DNA of 64,000 bases from contig OZ024753.1 of NCBI GenBank assembly GCA_964016885.1, positions 14,012,001 to 14,076,000 of the forward strand. Direction: 5' to 3'. The notes under the pieces are model-generated. The model saw only the letters and a list, made by a program, of their open reading frames with translations. It was not told the DNA's origin and did not search any database. Every line of letters starts with the position of its first letter. Positions within the stretch are counted from its first letter, which is position 1. Positions 26,701 through 40,031 of the stretch are shown in pieces. The translations under genes were made by a program, and so were the position numbers. The DNA is from Eledone cirrhosa. Taxonomy: Eukaryota.

Positions 26701-27815
26701 TACACCCAGTCCAGTCTGTAAAGTGATAGTGCTGGTGCCACAATGAAAAGCACCCAGTCCAGTTTGTAAAGTGATAGTGCTGGTGCCACAATGAAATACA
26801 CCCAGTCCAGTCTGTAAAGTGATAGTGCTGGTGCCACAATGAAATACACCCACCCCAGTCAGTAAAGTGATAGTGCTGGTGCCACAATGAAATACACCCA
26901 GTCCAGCCTGTAAAGTGATAGTGCTGGTGCCACAATGAAAAGCACCCAGTCCAGTCTGTAAAGTGATAGTGCTGGTGCCACAGTGAAATACACCCAGTCC
27001 AGCCTGTAAAGTGATAGTGCTGGTGCCACAATGAAATACACCCACCCCAGTCTGTAAAGTGATAGTGCTGGTGCCACAATGAAATACACCCAGTCCAGTC
27101 TGTAAAGTGATAGTGCTGGTGCCACAGTGAAATACACCCAGTCCAGTCTGTAAAGTGATAGTGCTGGTGTCACAATGAAAAGCACCCAGTCCAGTCTGTA
27201 AAGTGATAGTGCTGGTGCCACAATGAAATACACCCACCCCAGTCAGTAAAGTGATAGTGCTGGTGCCACAGTGAAATACACCCAGTCCAGTCTGTAAAGT
27301 GATAGTGCTGGTGCCACAATGAAATACACCCAGTCCAGTCTGTAAAGTGATAGTGCTGGTGCCACAATGAAATACACCCAGTCCAGTCTGTAAAGTGATA
27401 GTGCTGGTGCAACAGTGAAATACACCCACCCCAGTCAGTAAAGTTATAGTGCTGGTGCCACAATGAAAAGCACCCAGTCCAGTCTGTAAAGTGATAGTGC
27501 CGGTGCCACAGTGAAATACACCCACCCCAGTCAGTAAAGTGATAGTGCTGGTGCCACAATGAAAAGCACCCAGTCCAGTCTGTAAAGTGATAGTGCTGGT
27601 GCCACAATGAAAAGCACCCAGTCCAGTCTGTAAAGTGATAGTGCCGGTGCCACAGTGAAATACACCCACCCCAGTCAGTAAAGTTATAGTGCTGGTGCCA
27701 CAATGAAAAGCACCCAGTCCAGTCTGTAAAGTGATAGTGCTGGTGCCACAATGAAAAGCACCCAGTCCAGTCTGTAAAGTGATAGTGCTGGTGCCACAGT
27801 GAAAAGCACCCAGTC
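23770..27815. repeat. 48-bp minisatellite, about 84 copies, TE sub-repeat derived
   Basis: Unit gatagtgctggtgccacaatgaaatacacccagtccagtctgtaaagt; homologous to the 'gtgccacggcaaaaaagcacccagcccacactgtaaagt' sub-repeat of SINE B/RTE-B. Confidence 0.97.
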
Positions 27816-28346
27816 CGCCAGTCCGCACTATAAGGTAATAGTGATGGGTTCATGCTAAAATGTTCCCAGTACCTGACTAATCAAGCTCAATATGTGACGG
27901 CCCATCTAAATCATGCAAGTGTATGAAATTGACATGAAACAATGATGATGATGATGATACATTTATATATATAGTGCACCTGAGCACTGTACACAATAAT
28001 TTCATTATTATCATCATTTTATTATATATATATATATTGAGAGAGAAATCAGGATGGAACCAGTTTTATACTAGTAAGACCATTATTCAGCAGAATACTT
28101 GATACTTTGGGCCCGACAGCTGAGCTCTTGCCATTAAGACAGCAAATTCCAGACGCTTATATATGTGTGTATGTTTGTTTGTGTGTGATTTACAATTTAA
28201 CAGTTCAATAAAAAGATATTTATAAAGTAATTACTAAACTTGGGGTGAATATGATTAACTCAATGGAGGTGCCCCAGCATAGCCACTATCTAATGACTGA
28301 AACCAGTAAAAGAATATATGACTAAATGAATATATAACTGTCTTAC

Positions 28347-28393
28347 TTCACCAGTGGCAGCATGGTAGAAGAGTATGTGTGAGTAGTCTGCTA
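28347..28393 (-). CDS. Candidate internal exon (xADYSHILFYHAATGE)
   Basis: Acceptor tcttatttcatttag (tandem TAG-TAG-CAG), donor gaa|gtaaga, 47 nt, phase 1 to 0, open frame. Confidence 0.45.
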
Positions 28394-28479
28394 CTAAATG
28401 AAATAAGATCCCTGAAGTTAACTTTATTGAAATAGATATTTAGGATATGCATGTAGCTATATATATGTATATATGTATA

Positions 28480-28726
28480 TATATATAATTATATATATCA
28501 CAGTAAAAAGAGAATCAGTGTTGCGACGAAAAGAATTTATTGGACATATTACAATTTTTTCTCGGGCGACCAGCTCGAGGCACGATCGATGTGGATCAAT
28601 TTTTGCATACACAATAACAAAATATAAACAAACGTATTTATTTCACGAGGCTCGATAAGAATAGATATATATCAAATACATAAGAACCCTAGGCCAATTC
28701 CGAGCAACGCCGGGCCATTCTGCTAG
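28480..28726 (+). mobile_element. Helitron 3' fragment
   Basis: Ends ccgagcaacgccgggccattctgCTAG|t; similar to 15510-15645. Confidence 0.7.
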
Positions 28727-28740
28727 TACATATATATTAT

Positions 28741-29075
28741 GGAGGCACATGGTTTAGTGGTTAGAGCATTGGCTTTGCAATCGAAAGGTTGTGAGTTCAA
28801 TTCTCAGACCGGGTGATGTGTTGTTTCCTTGAGCAAGACACTTTATTTCACATTGCTCCAGTTTACTCAGCTATAGAAATGAGATGATAGGGACTGGGGT
28901 CCCTATCATTCCACTGCAAAGTGGTCGTGGAGGTGCCACGGCAAAAAAGCACCCAGCACTCACTGTAAATGAGGTTGGTGTTACGAAGGGCATCCAGCTG
29001 TAGAAATCAAGCCAAAATCAGTTCCCGTCCCACCCTTGCAAGCAGGGAAAAAGCGGACGTAAAATGAAATGATGA
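28741..29075 (+). mobile_element. SINE family B, full length (RTE-A tail)
   Basis: tRNA head with A/B boxes, CORE-like block, terminal cccgtcccacccttgcaagcagggaaaaagcggacgtaaaatga. Confidence 0.92.
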
Positions 29076-29120
<45 letters not shown>

Positions 29121-29254
29121 CAAAAGGGACATTTAATTTGTTGGTAATTCAACAAATATAAATGTTTATAACTGATTCGAAGCACTCGACAGGTTTTCTG
29201 GAGTATAATATCAATGATATTAATAAATGGAAACTAAATATATAAAACCATATT

Positions 29255-29315
29255 TATTCTATTATATATATTTCAAGGGTACCAAAATTTTGGTACGCTT
29301 TCATCAGATAAAATA
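29255..29315 (-). ncRNA. Minimal type I hammerhead ribozyme motif
   Basis: Minus: tattttat-CTGATGA-aagcgtacc aaaatttt ggtaccctt-GAAA-tatata-TA-atagaata. Confidence 0.72.
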
Positions 29316-30137
29316 CAAAGTTTGTTTTATAAATATTGACATATCCAGGAAGGAGACCTTAGCGGTTCAAGTTTTTCAACTGTTAAGATCTCCTTCCTGG
29401 ATTTGTCAATATTTATATTATATTTATATTATATTTATATTATATATAATATATATATTATATATAATATATATATTATATATATATTATATATAATATA
29501 TATATTATATTTACATGTTTCATGTTGCTCCAGTATACTCAGCTTTGGGCTGAGGAAGGTAAAACTCTCCAAGTATAGGTTGCTCTGACAAGTTTGCAGT
29601 CTAGCCCCTAGCTCCTAGCTGTGGAAACTTCTAGTGTCCTTGACCCTAGGGCCACCTCTCTATTCACTGCCATCGGCACAGAGCTGGCTAGCTGCAGGGG
29701 CTCTTCCAGTGTATCTCCCTCACCATCCTCTGGGGAAACGCTTTCTGTAATCTGTCCGCCAGGGCCGTGCGGTGGCCAGGCCTGTGTGGTGGCCAGCGCG
29801 TGGGACCCTATTTGTTTATTATAGTGAGAGACGAGGAGGGTGTGAGAGTCGGAGGCGATGACAGCGGGAATTTGTTTCCTCTGTGTTCAGACCTGGTGTA
29901 ATTTTACACTATTAAATATTGTTGCATGTATTTCCACTGAACAAAACCATTACCAGCAAAACCCTTACTCAGCTGAAAATGAGTACCAGCAATAGCTGGG
30001 AGTTTAACCCTGCGATAGACTGGTGTCCTCTCCAGGGGGAAGTCTTGTACTCTGTCACTTCATGCCATAGAAACCGGGATAAGCACCGACTTGATGATCC
30101 TCCGAGCTCAAGACAGTCCTTAGACTTTTTAGATGTA

Positions 30138-30178
<41 letters not shown>

Positions 30179-30222
30179 GTGTGTGTGTATGGTATGTACT
30201 TATATTTTTATGTAGTTACATA

Positions 30223-30557
30223 TCATCATCGTCATTTTACGTCCGCTTTTCCCTGGTTGCAAGGGTGGGACGGGAACTGATTCTGGCTTGATTTCTACAG
30301 CTGGATGCCCTTCCTAACACCAACCTCGTTTACAGTGAGTGGTGGGTGCTTTTTTGCCGTGGCACCTCCACAACCACTTTGCAGTGGAATGATAGGAACC
30401 CCAGTCCCTATCATCTCATTTCTACAGCTGAGTAAACTGGAGCAATGTGAAATAAAGTGTCTTGATCAAGGAAACAACACATCACCCGGTCTGAGAATTG
30501 AACTCACAACCTTTCGATTGCAAGACCAATGCTCTAACCACTAAACCATATGCCTCC
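30223..30557 (-). mobile_element. SINE family B
   Basis: Full-length reverse copy. Confidence 0.92.
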
Positions 30558-30572
30558 TCATATATATATATA

Positions 30573-30912
30573 GGCACATGGCTTAGTGGTTAGAGCATTG
30601 GCCTTGCAATCGAAAGGTTGTGAGTTCAATTCTCAGACCGGGTGATGTGTTGTTTCCTTGAGCAAGACACTTTATTTCACATTGCTCCAGTTTACTCAGC
30701 TGTAGAAATGAGATGATAGGGACTGGGGTCCCTATCATTCCACTGCAAAGAGGTCGTGGAGGTGCCACGGCAAAAAAGCACCCAGCACTCACTGTAAATG
30801 AGGTTGGTGTTAGGAAGGGCATCCAGCTGTAGAAATCAAGCCAGAATCAGTTCCCGTCCCACCCTTGCTAGCAGGGAAAAGCGGACGTAAAATGAAATGA
30901 TGATGATGATGA
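30573..30912 (+). mobile_element. SINE family B
   Basis: Full-length copy, head-to-head with the previous one across a short TA run. Confidence 0.92.
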
Positions 30913-31584
30913 AATATATATATATATATATATATATTTTAACATATATATATATATGTGTGTGTGTGATAGGTATTTATATTTTTATGTATTTGCATAT
31001 GTGTATTTACGTATGTATATATGTGTGTATGTATATTTTTATGTGTGTATTTATGTATGTGTATGTGTGTGTATATATGTCTGTGTCAAGCTCCTCTGCA
31101 AGATCGGAACATCAGCAGCCCAATACCAGTGTGTCCTTGGCCTAGAGCCCATCACTTTCCTCCTTGCCCATCCCATTCTTCTTTGACGTGTAAAACATCT
31201 TCGTCATTGTCTTGACATAGATAATGATATATACATACACAGATACATGCACACATACATATAAACACGCACCCACATATGAGTGTGCATCTATAACAGG
31301 AAAGAGCAAAGATTTGTTTACATATTTTTTATTGATTATTGATCTGTTACGTCTGTTTCAAAGTGCTCATATTGGTACCACCTCCAGTAATTCATTGAAT
31401 CACCTTTGGCAGTATCGCTAGAGGGTCGGACGCCATGCTTTGATGCATTGAGTTACGGCCCTTGCCATTCTGAGTTCAAATCCCGCCGAGGTTAACTTTG
31501 CCTTTCATCCCTACGGGGTCGATAAAATATAGTACCAGTAATACACTGGGTAATTGCTGGCCTTGTGCCAACAGTAGAAACAAT

Positions 31585-31628
<44 letters not shown>

Positions 31629-31778
31629 AGTCCTGGGGGTAACCACAGTTAGTAAGGTACTCAATACATAGATAAGATTTAATATAGACAGGACTAGAAC
31701 TGTTTCATTCGAAAGAAATAGTCCTGTAGAAGTCATTTCTATATTAAATATACACACACACATATATATATATACATA

Positions 31779-32597
31779 TAAGGCAGGCTGTACGATGCCT
31801 GCATACGAACAGCAATGTTGCATGGCAGTGAGACCTGGGCATTGTGTGCAGAGGATATACGCAGACTAGAGAGGAACGAAGCTTGCATGCTCCGCTGGAT
31901 GTGTAATAGTAATATACGTGAACGGCAAAGCATTAACGAACTAAGGGAAAAATTAGAAATAAGAGGGATCTGATGTTGTTTACTCGAGAGAAGGCTACGT
32001 TGGTATGGTCACGTGATGCGCATGAAAGACGACAGCTGTATAAAAAAGTGCAGGGCAATAAAAATAGACGGTAGCCACGGAGTAGACAGACCCAGAAAAA
32101 CCTGGGACGACTTGATAAATTCCGACCTCACACACTTACACCTCTCCAAGACAATGTCACTGGACTGAGATCTTTGGCGCTACACAGTAATAGAGAAGAC
32201 CCGCCTTACCTAAGTGCAAAGTGAAACCTACTACAGTCAGTAGGCACCTCTAACAAAATACACCCCCGTCCCACTACCCCCACCCCATCCACACCACCCC
32301 TTCAATGTAAAGTTATGTTGGTACCACAACATCCAGGCTGAAACAAATGAGGTCGTGTAGGTGTCACAACAAAAAAACACACAGTCCACGCTGTAATGTG
32401 GCCGTGTAGGTAACACGGTAAAAACATCCTAGTTCCACACTGTAAATGTGGTTGGTGTTAGGAAGGGCATCCAGCCGTAGAAAACCCGCCAGACAGTCCT
32501 ATGCGAGCAAGACAACCGCTCTTGCCTCAAGTGGGAAAACTCCCGTCCAAACCCATGCAAGCGTGAAATATGGACGTTAAACGATGATGATGATGAT
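31779..32597 (+). mobile_element. RTE family B 3' end with long 3' UTR
   Basis: GRLYDACIRTAMLHGSETW..RLRWYGHVMRMKD..; ~385-bp UTR with sub-repeats and (GAT)n tail. Confidence 0.92.
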
Positions 32598-32755
32598 GTT
32601 TATCCCGGGTTCAATCGGGGGGTAACCACAGTAAGTAAAGTACTCAATACATAGCAGAGTATAAATATTTAATATAGAAATGGCTTCTACAGGACTAGAA
32701 CTGTTTCATTCAGGAGAAATCATATACTCACGCATGCATACTATATATATATATA

Positions 32756-34203
32756 TCTAATATATATTTGTGAAATGGGTGGTGGTTGAAATTCAGTTGT
32801 GCACGGTTAAATGGTAGTAGACGTGGTCGGACGGACATGAAAATTTACACACCTATGTAAAAAGTGCCAAGGAAGCAAATAGACGAGGTTTCAAATCTCT
32901 AACTTGAAAAATGTGGTCCCTAGGGCCCCCAAACGGTCTATTTACTATCGCTTCCGGTGAGTTATTTCCCCCTGTTCTAATACTTGGATGAGTTATTTTC
33001 CGTAGTCACTTTCAATATTCATTGTCTTATTTACAATTTCATACAAATTTTTAAACTCATCAATTTTTTCATAACTTATCAAACAGAACGTTCTTTCGCT
33101 GTTAACATACAATACCGTTTTATGAAATCGATTCTGCAGTACCATTTTACGAAATGCCAAACCGAAAACGGTCACTGTTTTCATCAAAAGAAATAAAACC
33201 CTTAAATTGCGAAGAAGGGACGCGTGTTTTTATTTTAATTCTAATACATGTTAACCACCACTAACAGTAAGTAGCATTTTTGAAAGTCAAATGAAAAGTT
33301 TAAAGAATACATGCATGTAAACTTAATGAATGGGTTCTATAAGCCCTTTGGTTGCCGAGTTAATTAATTCAGTTTTTTTTTAAATATTCATTGTAAACTT
33401 AAGGAATGGGATCTATAAGCCCTTTGGTTGCCGAGTTAATTAATTCAGTTTTTTTTTTAATATTCATTGTAAACTTAAGGAATGGGATCTATAAGCCATT
33501 TGGTTGCTGAGTTAATTAATTAAGTTTTTTTTTTTAATATTCATTGTAAACTTAAGGAATGGGATCTATAAGCCTTTTGGTTGCCGAGTTAATTAATTCA
33601 GTTTTTTTTTTAATATTCATTGTCTTATTTAAAATAACATATCAAAAACAACGTTATTTCGCTGTTAATAAACTGTTGCCTTCTACAGTACGTTTCATTT
33701 TCATTTTCCAATTACAGTTGCTCTATATTAAATTTAAATACTTCTATAACGATCATACAGTACCGTTTTATGAAATCGATTCTGCAGTAGAATTTTACGA
33801 AATGCCAAACCGAAAAAGGTCACTGTTTTCTAACAAAAGAAATAAAACCCTTACATTGCAAACCCCCTGTTCTAATACTGGGGTTAGTTATTTCCCCCTC
33901 TTCTAATAAATGTCTAATATATAGAGGCCCCTCTTGCTGACCAGGGCAATCAAAGTGTAAACTATCATGCAAACCTTCATAATCTGCATTTTCAAACTTG
34001 CATATCATCGACATTGCTATTTCGCTGTTAATAAACAATGCTTTTCACGTCGCTCCACTTCTCATTGTACGCCGTACAGCCCCAAGTGCATATTTCTTTT
34101 TTTTTTTCTGAAACTGCTTCTTTATAATAAACTTTCAATAATATTTTTCAAATTATTAACTTAATAAAAAGTGGCCCCAGGTGCAACCAGGCTCAGCTGC
34201 TAG
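32756..34203 (+). mobile_element. Non-autonomous Helitron-like element with internal ~76-bp tandem repeat
   Basis: 5' TC in a TA run, 3' hairpin-like gccccaggtgcaaccaggc then CTAG|T; 4 tandem units at 33313-33623; internal duplication of 33070-33205 at 33630-33855. Confidence 0.6.
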
Positions 34204-34204
34204 T

Positions 34205-34559
34205 ATTGTTTCCTTGAGCAAGACACTTTATTTCACATTGCTCCAGTTTACTCAGCTGTAGAAATGAGATGATAGGGACTGGGGTCTCTATCATTCCACT
34301 GCAAAGTGGTCGTGGAGGTGCCACGGCAAAAAAGCACTCAGCCCACACTGTAAAGTGGACGTGTAGGCGCCACGGAAAAAAAGCATCCAGCCCACACTGT
34401 AAAGCAGTCATGGAGGTGCTACAGAAAAAAAGCACCCAGCACTAACTGTAAATGAGGTTGGTGTTAGGAGGGGCATCCAGCTGTAGAAATAGAGCCAGAA
34501 TCAGTTCCTGTACCACCCTTGCAAGCAGGTAAAAGCGGACGTAAAATGATGATGATGAT
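34205..34559 (+). mobile_element. 5'-truncated SINE family B
   Basis: Three internal sub-repeats and RTE-A tail. Confidence 0.88.
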
Positions 34560-34636
34560 ATACATTTGAAAAAAGGAAAAAATGACTTGTTGTTTTAAAC
34601 AATTTGATTACACACACACACACACACACACACATA

Positions 34637-35228
34637 TCATTATCGTTTAATGTCCATCTTTCACGCTAGCATGGATTTGGACGGTAATTTTCCCACTTGA
34701 GGCAAGATTGGTTGTCTTGCTCGTATAGGACTGTCTGGCGGGTTTTCTACGGCTGGATGCCCTTCCTAACACCAACCACGTTTACAGTGTGGACTGGGAG
34801 GTTTTTACCATGTTACCTACGCGTGGACTGTGCTTTTTTGTCGTGACACCTACATGACCTCATTTATTTAGGAGTGGATGTTGTGGTACCAACATAACTT
34901 TACATCGAAAGGGGGTTGTGTGGATGGGGTGGGGTGTATTTTGGTAAGAGGTGCCTACTGACTGTAGGTTCCACTTTGCACTTAGGCAAGGCGGGTCTTC
35001 TGTATTACTGCGTAGCGCCAAGGATCTTGGTCCAGTGACATTGTCTTGGAGAGGTGTAAGTGTGTGAGGTCGGAATTTATCAAGTTGTCCCAGGTTTTTC
35101 TGGGTCTGCCTACTCCGTGGCTACCGTCTATTTTGATCACCCTGCACTTTTTATACAGCTGTCGTCTTTCATGCGCATCACGTGACCATACCAACGTAGT
35201 CTTCTCTCGAGTAAACAGCATCTGATCC
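34637..35228 (-). mobile_element. RTE family B 3' end
   Basis: Reverse copy of ~31965-32597. Confidence 0.9.
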
Positions 35229-35345
35229 CTACACACACATACATAAATACATGTACAGGCACACATATATACATGTATTTGCATACACACACACAGATAC
35301 AATCCCAATTTAATTTGTGTCGGAAATATTATTCCTGGTTTTTAC

Positions 35346-35396
35346 CTGACTTTAACATGACTTCTCAAGTGAAACTTTCAATACAGTTTAACATGT
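35346..35396 (-). CDS. Candidate exon containing a putative start (ATG at 35358; MLKS+G)
   Basis: Acceptor cattcttttcag, donor cag|gtaaaa; stops in all frames upstream of the ATG; phase 1 fits the 28393 acceptor. Confidence 0.3.
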
Positions 35397-35479
35397 CTGA
35401 AAAGAATGTTGTTGTTGTTGACTTGAGAGGGATAGCTACATCTAGGTTAATGGATATAGAATAACATCTGCTGGTTTTA

Positions 35480-36615
35480 GTTGTGGTTGTTGTTGGTGTT
35501 GTTGTTGGTGGTGGTATTGTAGTTGTTGTAGTTGTTGTATGTGTTGTGGCTGTTGTATGTGTTGTGGTTGTTGCTGGTGTTGTGGTTGGTGGTGGTATTG
35601 TAGTTGTTGTATGTGTTGTAGTTGTTGGTGGTGGTATTGTTGTTGTTGTATGTATTGTAGTTGTTGTATGTATTGTAGTTGTTGGTGGTGGTATTGTAGT
35701 TGTTATTGTATGTGTTGTAGATGTTGGTGGTGATATTGTAGTTGGTGGTGGTGGTATTGTAGTAGTTGTTGTATGTGTTGTAGTTGTTGGTGTTGATATT
35801 GTAGTTGGTGGTGGTGGTATTGTAGTAGTTGTTGTATGTGTTGTAGTTGTTGGTGGTGGTATTGTAGTTGTATGTATTGTAGTTGTTGGTGGTGGTATTG
35901 TAGTTGTTATTGTATGTGTTGTAGTTGTTGGTGGTGGTATTGTTGTTGTTATTGTATGTGTTGTAGATGTTGGTGGTGATATTGTAGTTGGTGGTGGTGG
36001 TATTGTAGTAGTTGTTGTATGTGTTGTAGTTGTTGGTGTTGATATTGTAGTTGGTGGTGGTGGTATTGTAGTAGTTGTTGTATGTGTTGTAGTTGTTGGT
36101 GGTGGTATTGTAGTTGTATGTATTGTAGTTGTTGGTGGTGGTATTGTAGTTGTTATTGTATGTGTTGTAGTTGTTGGTGGTGGTATTGTTGTTGTTGTAT
36201 GTATTGTAGTTGTTGGTGGTGATATTGTAGTTGGTGGTGGTGGTATTGTAGTAGTTGTTGTATGTGTTGTAGATGTTGGTGGTGATATTGTAGTTGTTGG
36301 TGGTGGTATTGTAGTTGTTATTGTATGTGTTGTAGATGTTGGTGGTGGTATTGTAGTTGTTATTGTATGTGTTGTAGATGTTGGTGGTGATATTGTAGTT
36401 GTTGGTGGTGGTATTGTAGTTGTTGGTGTTGTGGTTGGTGGTGGTATTATAGTTGTTGGTAGTATTGTTGCGGTTGTTGGTAGTTTTTGTTGATGTTGGC
36501 GTGGTATTGTAGTTTTTTTCTGGTTTTTGTTACTGTTGTAGTTGTTGGTGATGTGGTTGTTGGTAGTGTTGTTGTTGGTAGTGGTAGTGATAATTCTAGT
36601 ACTTGTGATAGTGGT
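35480..36615. repeat. Degenerate (GTT/GGT)n trinucleotide minisatellite
   Basis: Low-complexity T/P-rich and V/G-rich ORFs on both strands. Confidence 0.93.
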
Positions 36616-36722
36616 CAAGCACACCTATTTTATGTCTGAGAAATGGGCGAAAATCCAAACCCTGTCTATAAACCGATACAGCTAATCAACATATTGTTTC
36701 AAAGGGGGATATAAGCCAATGT

Positions 36723-36997
36723 CGAGGCAGGTGGCCTAATGGTAAGGGTGTTGGACTTACAATCATAATGCCATGGGTTCTATTTCTGGACTCGGTTGTT
36801 TGTCTTAAACAAAACACTTCATTTTATGTTGCTCCACTAAACTCAGCTGGAAATGGGTACCAGTAATAACTGTGGTTTAACTCTGCAATGGACTGGCGTC
36901 CTGACCAGGAGGTATCTTGTACTCTCAGTTGCTTTATGCCATGAAACCGGGATAAGCACTGGCCTGATGAGTCCCTGGGCTCAAGACAGACTTTAGA
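36723..36997 (+). mobile_element. SINE family C
   Basis: tRNA head, CORE-like block, 'ctctgcaatggactggcgtcctgaccagg' and 'aaaccgggataagc'; copies at 53046-53325 and 29964-30125. Confidence 0.8.
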
Positions 36998-37077
36998 CAT
37001 AAGCTAACCCCACTATTTTCGTTGAGGTTAACTTTGCCTTTCATCCTTACGGAGTCGATAAAATAAAGCACCAGTAA

Positions 37078-37428
37078 TCATCATCATCATCATCATCATC
37101 ATCATTTTACATCCGCTTTTCCCTGCTTGCAAGGGTGGGATGGGAACTGATTCTGGCTTGATTTCTACAGCTGGATGCCCTTCCTAACACCAACCTCATT
37201 TACAGTGTGGGTTGGGTGCTTTTTTGCCGTGGCACCTCCATGACCACTTTGCAGTGGAATGATAGGGACTCCCAGTCCCTATCATCTCATTTCTACAGCT
37301 GAGTAAACTGGAGCAATGTGAAATAAAGTGTCTTGCTCAAGGAAACAACACATCACCCCGTCTGAGAACTGAACTCGCAACCTTTCGATTGCAAGCCCAA
37401 TGCTCTAACCACTAAGCCATGCGCCTCC
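37078..37428 (-). mobile_element. SINE family B
   Basis: Full-length reverse copy. Confidence 0.9.
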
Positions 37429-38609
37429 ATGTACTGGCTGGAATTCCTATGACACTAGGTTATGATCTGACCTGCAGGTAAACTACTAACAAACCAAACA
37501 AATTAACCAAATAAGTTTGTTTCCTCGTGTTTACCTGTAATAAGTGTTGCCAGGTGTGTAGACTATGAGGGCGTGTTAATAGAAAATTCTGTAGTTCTTT
37601 TATTTTAATTGATTTATCTATTTTTCTATCTGTATATTTTGTCAACACTAACTCGGTTCCTTCAAGGAGTGTCTGCTAACCTAAGCAGAGTAAATATCAC
37701 AGGGCATATTTGTTTGATGCACAGGTTTATTGGAAGTTTATATCTTTCATCAACGTGTGTACACACACACGCGTGCACGCACGCACACACACACCCACAC
37801 ACAGAGAGACAGACATAAATGCAGACACAGACACACACACACACACACACACACAGACAGATACACAGACACGCAGACACAGACGCAGAGACACATGCAC
37901 ACAGACACACATGCATGCAGACACACATATAGACAAACACACACTCACACACTCAGACAGACTGACAGACACACACACACACACACTCAGACAGACTGAC
38001 AGACACACACACTCAGACAGACTGACACACACACACACTCAGACAAACTGACACACACACACACTCAGACACACACACACTCAGACAGACAGACAGACAC
38101 ACACACACACACACATATGTTGAAGAAACAACTAGTTTATGAATGATATATTTTCTTTGAAGGATTTTTCCAATTTCCTTATTAGTTGCTGGCGTTTATC
38201 ATCAACATCACCACCATCATTATCACCACCATCATTATCATCACCACCATTATCATCACCATCACCATCATCATCATCACCATCATCACCATCATCATTA
38301 TCATCATCATCACCATCATCATCACCACCAATCGTTATCATCATCATCATTATCATCATCACCATCATCATCATCACTGTTTAATGTCTATTTTCCATCC
38401 TTGCGTGGGTTAGATGGGTTGTCATGCTCTGAGGCTAGACAGGTTAGACAACTCTGTTTTTCTCATACATTCCACTTTGGCATGGATTCAATGGCTGGAT
38501 GTCCTTCTAAATGCCAACCACCTCGTGGTATGTATAAGATTTGATTTTCTTGTGGTACTATCATTACCATTACACAGGGTAGACTAGGTCCTTTTTTTCC
38601 TGTCACCAA

Positions 38610-38975
38610 CGCTACCACTTTACTGTGAGGGCTGGGTGTATTTTATCATGGCACCAGTACTACCACTTTACTGTGAGGGCTGGGTGTATTTTATCATGGC
38701 ACCAGTACTACCACTTTACTGTGAGGGCTGGGTGTATTTTATCATGGCACCAGTACTACCACTTTACTGTGAGGGCTGGGTGTATTTTATCATGGCACCA
38801 GCACTACCACTTTACTGTGAGGGCTGGGTGTATTTTATCATGGCACCAGTACTACCACTTTACTGTGAGGGCTGGGTGTATTTTATCATGGCACCAGTAC
38901 TACCACTTTACTGTGAAGGCTGGGTGTATTTTATCATGGCACCAGTACTACCACTTTACTGTGAGGGTTGGGTGT
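38610..38975. repeat. 48-bp minisatellite, about 7.5 copies
   Basis: Unit gcaccagtactaccactttactgtgagggctgggtgtattttatcatg; homolog (reverse strand) of the 23770 unit. Confidence 0.95.
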
Positions 38976-40031
38976 TCAGAATAATTGATTATGAATAATT
39001 TTGAACCTCCAAATTTGTGGAAGAGACACAGAGTTCTTCTTGGAATCCGTGCCGAGAGGACAAATAAGGAAATTTCAGACTTTTTCAGCGTCAGCAGGAG
39101 AATGATGGAAAAGGTCAGAAAGGAATTGGAAGATTCAGGATTCGACTACGAAGCAACATCAGAGAGGAAAACACATGATCGACGATCTGACGCCTTCAGA
39201 ACGCCTGAGTTCGTCGTTGAAGTTCAGGATATGATCAACAATAAACCTAGCAAGTCGATGCGTGCCATTGCAAGGGAGAAGGCGTGGATGAAAAGCTCAT
39301 TAGGCTGGTGGTACATGAAGACATTTGCTATGTTTCATACAAGATGAGGAAAGGACAATTTCTGTCAAAGGCGATGCAAGAAAGGCGACTGAAGCTGCAA
39401 AGAAGCTGATCAACAAGTTGAAACACCCACTGGAGCCAGACATGCTGTGGTTTTTCTCTAACGAGAAAAACTTCTGCCAAGACCAGAAGATCAACTCCCA
39501 GAACAGGTGGTTCGCTGTCTCATCCAAAGACGTGCCCAGAGTCATGCAGACAAAGTTTCCAGTGACAAGATTGGTCTTAGGTGTCGTCAACAGTCAAGGT
39601 GATGTCATGCCACCTCACTTCTTCCCTGAGGGCCTCAAGCTGAACACCGATGGCCACATCCGCGTTCTGAGCGAGGTAGTAAAGCCCTGGATCGATCAGG
39701 TAGATGCAGGTAGGCCGTACGTGTGGCAGCAAGACTCAGCGCCCTGCCATACCAGCCTAAAGACCCAAGCCTAGCTGTCAGAGAACTTCGTCGACCACAC
39801 TTCACCTGACATCTGGCCTCCCACGGGCCTAAGTCGGGGGACAGTGACGAAGGCCTGTAGCCGGTTCTGAGGCCGTCATCAAAGCCAATGGCGGGTTTAT
39901 TGAGTGAGATTGAAAGAACAAGTCATGAAGACAAACTGACCCAAGTTTGATAAATAAATCTTAAAAAATAAAACTACTGAGTTATTTTTTCCTAGACAGT
40001 AATCTTGTGAACAAATATCGTCCGCACCCTG
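38976..40031 (+). mobile_element. maT (DD37D) Tc1/mariner transposon, 5'-truncated, inactivated
   Basis: FFSNEKNF..VLGVV..MPPHFF..YVWQQDSAPCH; right TIR ...aaatatcgtccgcaccctg|TA; frameshifts and stops. Confidence 0.88.

Noticed and set aside
23761-27828. 1355-aa ORF as a real repeat protein
   Set aside because: It is a TE-derived 48-bp minisatellite with several frames open and no non-repetitive coding flanks
28741-28812. tRNA genes at SINE heads
   Set aside because: A/B boxes are present but there is no full cloverleaf, and they are always fused to a SINE body
32682-32723. Functional hammerhead
   Set aside because: Truncated within the CUGAUGA core; stem I 5' strand missing
35365-36624. 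Mucin-like Thr/Pro ORF (419 aa)
   Set aside because: Degenerate trinucleotide repeat open on both strands; non-ATG start; no signal peptide or splice support
37535-37588. Minus-strand exon NFLLTRPHSLHTWQHLLQ|gtaaac
   Set aside because: Acceptor lacks a pyrimidine tract; could be a UTR exon but is unsupported
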